Shown here in pieces: positions 56,400 to 64,000 of a DNA stretch of 64,000 bases (its first letter is position 1; every line of letters begins with the position of its first letter). The notes under the pieces are model-generated. The model made no database searches and was not told the DNA's origin. It saw only the letters and a list, made by a program, of their open reading frames with translations. Origin of the DNA: Trichosphaerium sp. ATCC 40318 (lineage: Eukaryota; Protista; Tubulinea); assembly GCA_038496445.1 (NCBI GenBank), contig JALMLS010000403.1, forward strand, positions 18,816-82,815, read 5' to 3'. Position numbers and translations under genes: made by a program.

Positions 56400-57271
56400 G
56401 TTTCCAGTGTTAGTAGTATGGTGGTAGTGTATTCAGTCACTTTTGGTTCAGTGATATTTCGGAATAATTATCTCTCCTCTTTGCGTATGTCACCACTGAA
56501 GCCGTTACACGTCATTCTTTTTTTTTTTTTTTCTGCTGCTCAAAAGCCGTTAACCAACATGTCACGTTGTTTTGTATTAAAGAGGCCGATCAAAAGGACG
56601 TATTAATGAGCGTACAATAGAGGTTTTTATCAACCGAACCTATTTTAGCACCTACAAACACATTGCAGTATTTATATAAACGTTTAGCCATTTATCAAAC
56701 TGTTCCTATCAGCCTCTGGTTGTTGCTCTATAGTTATCACAGACCTTGGAGTCTTGCAGTTTCGGCCGGAAATCTGCACAAAGTTTATGTACCCAAACAA
56801 CAAATACAGGAGCCATGTGCAGACCACGCCTTCTTGCCATAAAATAATCAAAAATGTCACGTGAATTTTTCTGGCCGTTTTAGTTTCCCCAAACAATAGA
56901 AACTGGAAGCCAAAACAAGGGTCAAACGCTCCAGAGGCCCTCTCCCAACGTCCATAAAACGGTTGGTAAATTCAACGTGATAATAAAACTGCATTGGATG
57001 TATACGATAATATTCAAAGAGCTAAACAAAAAATCAAAGCTTGGTTTTATCGGGCGCTTGCTTTGACACAAAACATAACCGCAAAATCACATTATTACTA
57101 CCTTTTTTTATGATATTCTTATAAAGCGTTATTACCAATACGATTGCAATGCAAGGTTATGTTGTCTTTAAGTTTATCGTTTTTTTGCGCCCATGAAACT
57201 TCATAGTACTTTAGTGCACAATCCGCTTCCTTTCAAGGGCTGCTTTTTAAACTTTTTAGACACCACACAAA

Positions 57272-60200
57272 ATGGCAGCATCTCTGGTGGTGATAATAAC
57301 CACTTTATCTATATTATCCTGCTCGCTATGCGCTACACTTTATGTCAATCCACAAAGTATGTAGAGGTTCATTTTCTCTTTTTAACCACCCGTAGCCGGT
57401 GTCGACGCTGGGGACTGTAGTAACGTTCAAAATCCTTGTAAAAGTCTGCGCTATTCGCTATTAACGCAAGCTACTCACGGGAGTACCATCCAACTTGCGT
57501 CTGGTGTATACAAAGGTTCGCAAAATGCCGTTCCACTTTGTTTTAAAAACAGAATCTAGGCATTGAAAATACTCGTCTTGAGTTAAAGAATATGACGCTT
57601 GGCGGCATTGTAATACAAGGTACGATGGAACGCTAGCCGAAATTTAGTTTATACGCTTTTTTATTATCATAACGTCGAGTTTTGTCCCATTAAAAAATTC
57701 TTAGGAGACACAAATGGAGAAACTATTTTCGACGGTGAAAGTATCAATTTCTTTATGCACTTGGACACGTGCGAGAGTGGAAGCTATTTCCGAACTAAAG
57801 TGTTCACACCTATTATCGCATTCTCTCACGTTACCTTTCGCAACTTTACAATTTCTGAAACTACTGGCGTGGACAGAAGCATTGTATGTTTCGCCGACAA
57901 CGAAATCTTTTTTTTTTTGTCAATTTGACAAAAGTTTTTTTTTATCACGTGATAAAACACCTTGCGTCTAAAACGCTAGACAAAAAACGTGATTAAAAAA
58001 GATCTACTTTTTAAATTTACCTAATCTTCGCGTAGTATCGTGTAAGTAAAGAGAAATCAGCAGTGGTGTTTCCTGGAGGCTCAGTAATATTCGCAAGAGA
58101 AGGATGTAATATTGCTTTAACGTACTATTTTTTTTTTGCTCAAAAAATCGAAAAATTTTATTTGGTTGTTAAAATTGTGGTCTTGTGATTCTTTTTAACT
58201 GTGAATTTAGGGACTGTACTGTTGAAGATAGCGATGTAAAGGAGTTTGTAGGGATAAATACAGTTCGTGGTATTTTATACTTTGTAGAATCCATGGTGGA
58301 GATGACAAGGTACTTCCTTTTGTCCATTTGATTTTCAAACTTCCAACAACATATTACTTTATTAAGTAACGTTGTGGGACTTTGTCCACAAATTTTGTTT
58401 TGAGTTCTTGAACTCTAGACGGCCGTTTTTTGGGAATGTCGTCATCGCTAGTAGAATTCATAATTTTTATTAACTTTTTATCTCTAGAGTGACTGTTAGA
58501 AGGTGCAGAGCAGTAGTGAGTTCGGGAAAAGGAGAAGGAGCGCTCTTTTTACAGTATGCTAATGCAAAAGTTACAAATTGTACTTTTGAAGAAAATGAGG
58601 CTACCAACCTAGGTTAATGCTCTACTGACCTTTGATGTATTCTAAATTGTTTTGTGTAGGTAATATTCGGTGTATAGACTATGTACATCTTGAGTTATCG
58701 AAATCAAGGTTCTTAAATAACTTTTTTAAGAGAGGTGCAGGCGTGGGTACGAGAAAAATACTTTTCAATAAGGTTTCACGTGAACAACTTTTCCCTCATT
58801 GTTTTTCTTAGCCTTCGCGTTTCTTGAACCAAATACTTCTGTTATCAATATTGATTCAAACGAGTTTATTGATAATGAAGCAAGTATCAAAGGTGGAGGT
58901 ACGTAGAAAAAAAATTACCAGCGAAAAGAAAGCAAAAAAAGTACTAAGTTTCTTTTAGCATTGTATGGAAGGCACACCGATTATATCACCGTCAAGATTA
59001 CTAACAACATATTCATGTAAGCCTTAAACCTCTATAGCGGTGTGGTGTTAATCCTCGACTGACTCTTCTAGAAATAACAAGGCACCTTTGGGTGGAGCAA
59101 TTTCATTCCAAGATGAAGTTACTAGAGCTGAAATAGAAGGTTGTGAATTCTATGGAAACACTGCTTCGAACGGTGGCGCATTCTCCTCAGAACAAATAGA
59201 CATTGTAGTAGAATTTAAAGATTGCATTTTTAATGGAAACTCGGCATCTGTTCACGGAGGAGCCATCTTTAATTTGCACGCAGAAGTTGATGAACTCCCA
59301 GATAAAACGCTCAATATACTTGACTCAACATTCGCCAACAACACTGCTCAAGCTGGTGGCGCTATCTATGCAATAACAGGAAACGTCAGTGGTTGTAGTT
59401 TTGAAGGCAATAATGAGCTAGGTAAGCAAAAGAAAAAAAACTCACAATGACGATTTTGATTTTAACTCTATTTTAAGCTATTTTCGCACGTGATGATATT
59501 TATGTTTCTAACTCACAATTCGCCGATTCATTACCCTATGATATTGAGGGTATAATCCATGATGAGTCAGGTAAGACCACGTGATCAAGCAAGCGTTTAA
59601 AGACTCATGTTTTATAATAGGTAATGATATCCAAAGCATAAAAGTCAGCGAAGGAGATTGGCTTGTCGACAAAACAATGACTGTAGCAAACTTAAACATT
59701 GAAGGCGCAAGTGTTACGCTAGTTGAAGGGGCTCAGATCTTGGTTGAAAAGAAACTAACACTTGAGGGCACTACGATGCTTGGAACTTATCAACAAGATG
59801 ATTCATCAAAAAGAGATGATGACGCTCTACCTTCCATTGTTCTCACCAAGAATAGTACTGTAGCCGAAATAAGTCTTGGTACAGTGTTGCTTACAAACAT
59901 TCTTCTCGAAAATCGAGGTAAGAATTTTTTTTTTTTCTGTCACGTGATACACTTCAAAAGAAATACTTTGAATATTGAGTTTGTGCTTAGGTACTTTGTC
60001 AATAACAAGTCACTCAAACTTGGTCTTTGAGCCAAAGAATACGACGATTGTCAATAAGGGTGGTTCAATCTTAAACGTTGGGAAAAATATTATTCTATTG
60101 GGTGAACATTCAACCATTCGCATGGAACCGAACTCATCTTTTGATGCTCTGGTACGTTTTTAAATATAACCATACATTATATCCTAATTGTGGAATGTAA

Positions 60201-61901
60201 AGGGATCAATGGTGGTATCTCTGAGCCTCGAATTCGAAAAAGAAAGCGAGTTCTTATTCAGAATTGGAGAAAATATAGAGTTCAAAAAAGCACCCAAACT
60301 TGGTACCTCTTACCAACCCTGTACTATATTTATTCTTTTAACATCCTATTAAGGTGGTATTTTTAAACTAACAACATCTACAAACCTACCTACACCAAAA
60401 ATTAAGATGCGTTCCGTGTTTTCACTTTCTCTGGGAACGAATCAAGACCTGTTACAACATTTGATGCTATTGAAGCTACTTTTGAAGCCACAACAAGATT
60501 TGATGATGATGGTATGGTATTGGTGGTAATTGAAAAAGTAAGGACACTCAAAGAACGTTATTGGGACGACATAGCTACTGTTATCATGATAGCTTTGGCT
60601 GCTTTTGGTGTCATTGTAGTTTTCGGATTCGAAATATTTGTATTTGCTTATTGGTATGACAACTTTGGTCTTCTTTCATTTATTGTTTACTCTTTCCCTA
60701 GGAGCGCTGCTATAGTACATGCATCCACAAAACAATTCCTAATAGTTATTCTTAACGGGTGTCTATTGTCATACATTGGCGTTGTAGTATGGTAAGCACA
60801 AGAAAAGAGCTAAGTTCAAGTTTCTGACTTTTTTTAGGGCTGCTCCAGAAAGTGATCTCATTTGTGAGTTACGTGTATGGGCTCCTCTTGTTGGATTTGT
60901 ATTCGTATTCTCGTACGTCTAACAGAAAAATCTCACTATGGTTTTAATTGACATATTCCTTTTTAGGCCTCTTGTATCAAAGACATATCGTATTCATAAA
61001 ATCTTTAACAAAATCAATCTTCAAGTATACGTCATCTCACTAAAAATGCTTATAAAGATAATGCTTGCCATTGTATTTGGACAGATTGTACGTAGATAAT
61101 GGCCCCTTACATATCGATCAAGCATTTACTAACTTTATTCGAAGGCTTTGCTTATTGTGTGGTCCGCAACATCACCAAACCGTCATGCAATTGTAACAGC
61201 GAAAAATAATGATGATTACCAGGAAAACGCATGTGCAAGCAAGAACGGAACAATTTTCCTTGTGCTATTTATAATCTACGATGTACGCTTTGGTTTTGAA
61301 TTATCACGTGATTAATGATATTTTCTTATAGGGTTGTATTCTAATTGCAGGTGCATACCTTGCTTTTTGCGTTAGACAAGTACCTACTATGTATAACGAG
61401 TCGAAATGGATTGGATTAACTATTTATAATTTACTCGTTTGGGCAATCCTCGTTCTTGTTCTTGGTTTTTCCATTAATAACAATGGCGATAATCACACGG
61501 TGAGTTGAGTAAATCATATGCGCGTGTACTGAGTTATTATTTAGGTCAGCATAGTTGTGTCCATCTGCATTTGGGTCAACACGACAGGTAAGAACGAAAA
61601 CCAATTGGTTTTCCTACTTTTTACTTACTTTTGTTGTCTAGTTACAATAGCAGTGTTATTCGTACCTAAAGTATGGTCAGTAGTGATGCACCCTGAGGAT
61701 ATGGATAGACAGTTTGGAACTTATGGATCGAGTAAGAGTAAGAGCACAAAGGTTGATGAGATTTGCGCAAAGAATTCAATGCTTGAAAAGAAAGTTAAAG
61801 AGTTACAAAAAAAGCTTGATAGCTACAACAGCAAGATAGAAATGACAACGCTCATAACTAATACAAACGATGATAAATCGCTTGCGGTGGCAGAGTTGTA
61901 A
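57272..61901 (+). CDS. Class C (GABA-B/Grl-like) GPCR with a parallel beta-helix (GGAI/FxxN repeat) ectodomain
   Basis: Signal peptide and repeated FxxNxA..GGA[IF]. 7tm_3 motifs HASTKQF, C..RVW..VGF, KTYRIHKIF, VPTMYNESKWIG and LFVPK, then a coiled-coil tail. Confidence 0.85.
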
Positions 61902-62296
61902 TTCTAATCCGCTCAACAACCAAAAAAACCCAAAAATGAATGTAGGATAGATAATCGTATTATAAAATGAAATCTCGACAGTTGTGTCTTTGCTTTTTCG
62001 TGTGGTAAATTAGTTCTAGACTGACTATCTAAGTCAAACAGTTGAAGGTTTGAAGGGACGCCATCCTTTTTGTAAATCCTTTGGGAACACGTGACAAGTG
62101 TCAGTTTGTAAAAGTCTAATGCGCAATTAAACACTCTTTCTTACACTATGTTTTTTTGAAGTTCACTACACATGACTGGAGCATGCGTTCTAGAATTGTT
62201 ACCTGACTGATTATTCGATTCTGGTAAATTTGGGACACGTGCTCGGCGCGAAAAACAGTGAATTTTTAAAAAATAGCCAAACAACGCTTCTACACT

Positions 62297-62626
62297 ATGG
62301 ACAGGCACTGGACGTGCAATGAAGTGAGTCATTGGTTATCTGTAAACGGATTGGAGCAATGTATTACAACGCTGAGGTTAGTTTCGTTAGGTTGATGTGA
62401 GTTATACGATATCAAATAAAGAAAGACAGAAAATTAGACAACAATTAACTGGAAGGCGTGGCAGTGTCAAAGATGATTTACCTATTGTTGGTTAGTGTAT
62501 TCTCTTGTACAGTTTGACTAAGTGTTAGATACATCACTGCATTGTAGCGAGTACAAGAGGGACATGAAGTATATCAAAGCTTGCCTTACACGTCCGAAGA
62601 TTGGGGAGTTTCTCGAGAAGTGGTAG
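62297..62626 (+). other. Possible small or degenerate SAM-domain gene or pseudogene
   Basis: MDRHWTCNEVSHWLSVNGLEQC resembles a SAM N-terminus. The downstream splicing is ambiguous. Confidence 0.3.
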
Positions 62627-63053
62627 AATTAAAAGATTGCAATATCATTTGATACCAAAATCGTTTGTAGATTGTGGCTGCTCTACGTTTCCGCTTTAAA
62701 AACATCATGCACAAATAACACTCTTCCTTATAATTTACTCTGTATTTTTGTTGGCTAGACGTTACTAGAGCATTCGCTCTAGAATATTGTACCAGATTAA
62801 TAGGGTTCAACATTCATACCAAGTATTAAAAGTCACGAACATCCACGTGCCAATTTGAAACAACAAATTTCTTGCTCGAGGTTTTTTGTAACAACAACAC
62901 TATGGTTGTTGAGGGTCTCCAAGGATTTCGGAATATTTGAAATTGTGACGCTTGTAATAGATATCTCGCCAGCTGTCATACAGATTTCAGGCAGATAAAA
63001 CTGAAATTAACTTTCGCATACCAAACTTAGTACATTATTAGATCACTCTTACA

Positions 63054-63465
63054 ATGGTACAACCGTGTATGTGCTAGCTAACGCACCATCATTTCCAATA
63101 TTCCAGAAACTGCCAGAAGTAGCCCCTAGAAGAGTCTCAGCGCTCTATGGGTTAATTTGAAAAAGAATAAAATTCACACGTGTTTGGTGGCTTAAGTGAT
63201 TAAAAATCAGAACACTGATGATACTTCCTGAACAACACTACGTTAGCAACCTTGGACGAAAACATAGGAGAGTGATTGGCGCAGTGTTGTGTATTATTGT
63301 AATAGTAGTTACAGGTCCGTTTGTTGATTTTGAACGTCATAAAAAAAAAACTAAATAAGATTCACATCCAAACTAGCGATCCTATTGCTGTTTGCCATGT
63401 CATACGATCATTCATCCCATGTAACAAGTGAATCAGAGCATAGTAAAAGCATATTGCTGGAGTAG
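63054..63465 (+). CDS. Putative ~78-aa single-pass membrane protein (4 exons)
   Basis: ATG followed by a GTAC intron, with spliced RKHRRVIGAVLCIIVIVVTAILLLFAM (basic residues then a TM helix). Confidence 0.4.
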
Positions 63466-64000
63466 TTCTCATGAACGCCGCGCCGCGGTTATGGCTAGGT
63501 ATGTATCAAACATTTCTTTGGAACGCTTCTAAGCTTTTATTCTATTTGAATCTCATACTGTAATAGGAAGCCTAGTTCCGGTTCATAAGTGGCACGTGAT
63601 CCCAATATGTAATAAAAAGACTCCTTTGTAGATAAAGCAGACCCGAAAAGGGTTTTTGTAGCTATCATGAACATATTGCGACTTTGGTCTGCTATTTTCA
63701 CATAGTACACTTATGGTACGCCACCAATGTCTAGAACCTCCTAGAGTGCTCAAGGGTACATGTAATAGTAGTTGTTAACGGTGAGTATACATAGTCCATA
63801 CTGTTACTACTACTTACAATTGTAAGCGAGTGTTGATTTATTGTGTTCATAATTACATCCCTGTTAACCTTGTCATTTTCTTTTTTTATCTTCACCTTAA
63901 AAGTCGTATATTATTTTCACGTCAAGATCATCTAACACCCAAAACACCCTCTCGTTTCGCCAACGTTCATTTATCTCTCTTATTTTTTCTTCCATTCTCT

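Overview
This is gene-dense, AT-rich (about 35% GC by eye) eukaryotic nuclear DNA. Introns are very frequent and short (mostly about 40-120 nt), with donors dominated by GTAC(G), so the ORF track shows only exon fragments; the gene models below were spliced by hand. The gene content (PH-AGC/PKB kinase, LKB1-like kinase with a CaaX box, presenilin, class C GPCR, ependymin-like protein, Zn2Cys6 protein) suggests an amoebozoan-like protist, which is an inference. About 27 genes are recognisable: ankyrin/polyproline/acidic-W protein, TPR protein, divergent GT90, TTC39-DEP-DUF547 fusion, rhodanese, ependymin-like His-tail protein, presenilin, MLH1, Q-rich regulator, LKB1, DHDDS, intronless F-box/MORN-variant protein, UBE2S, Akt/PKB, ER DnaJ, RRM-Zn2Cys6-SPOC protein, dermatopontin-like protein, carboxypeptidase Q-DOMON fusion, SUV39H, WD40 protein, small basic protein, a 6x35-aa repeat protein, a Zn deaminase missing from the ORF track, an ERI1-like exonuclease, a beta-helix class C GPCR and two small weak ORFs. 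The most notable signals are several unusual domain fusions, the 35-aa repeat protein, a strong window-wide enrichment of the CACGTG palindrome (often inside introns), and a polyA-tailed retro-like fragment in a 2.8-kb gene-free gap. I saw no CRISPR array, rRNA or tRNA. Family assignments come from motif recognition, not database searches.
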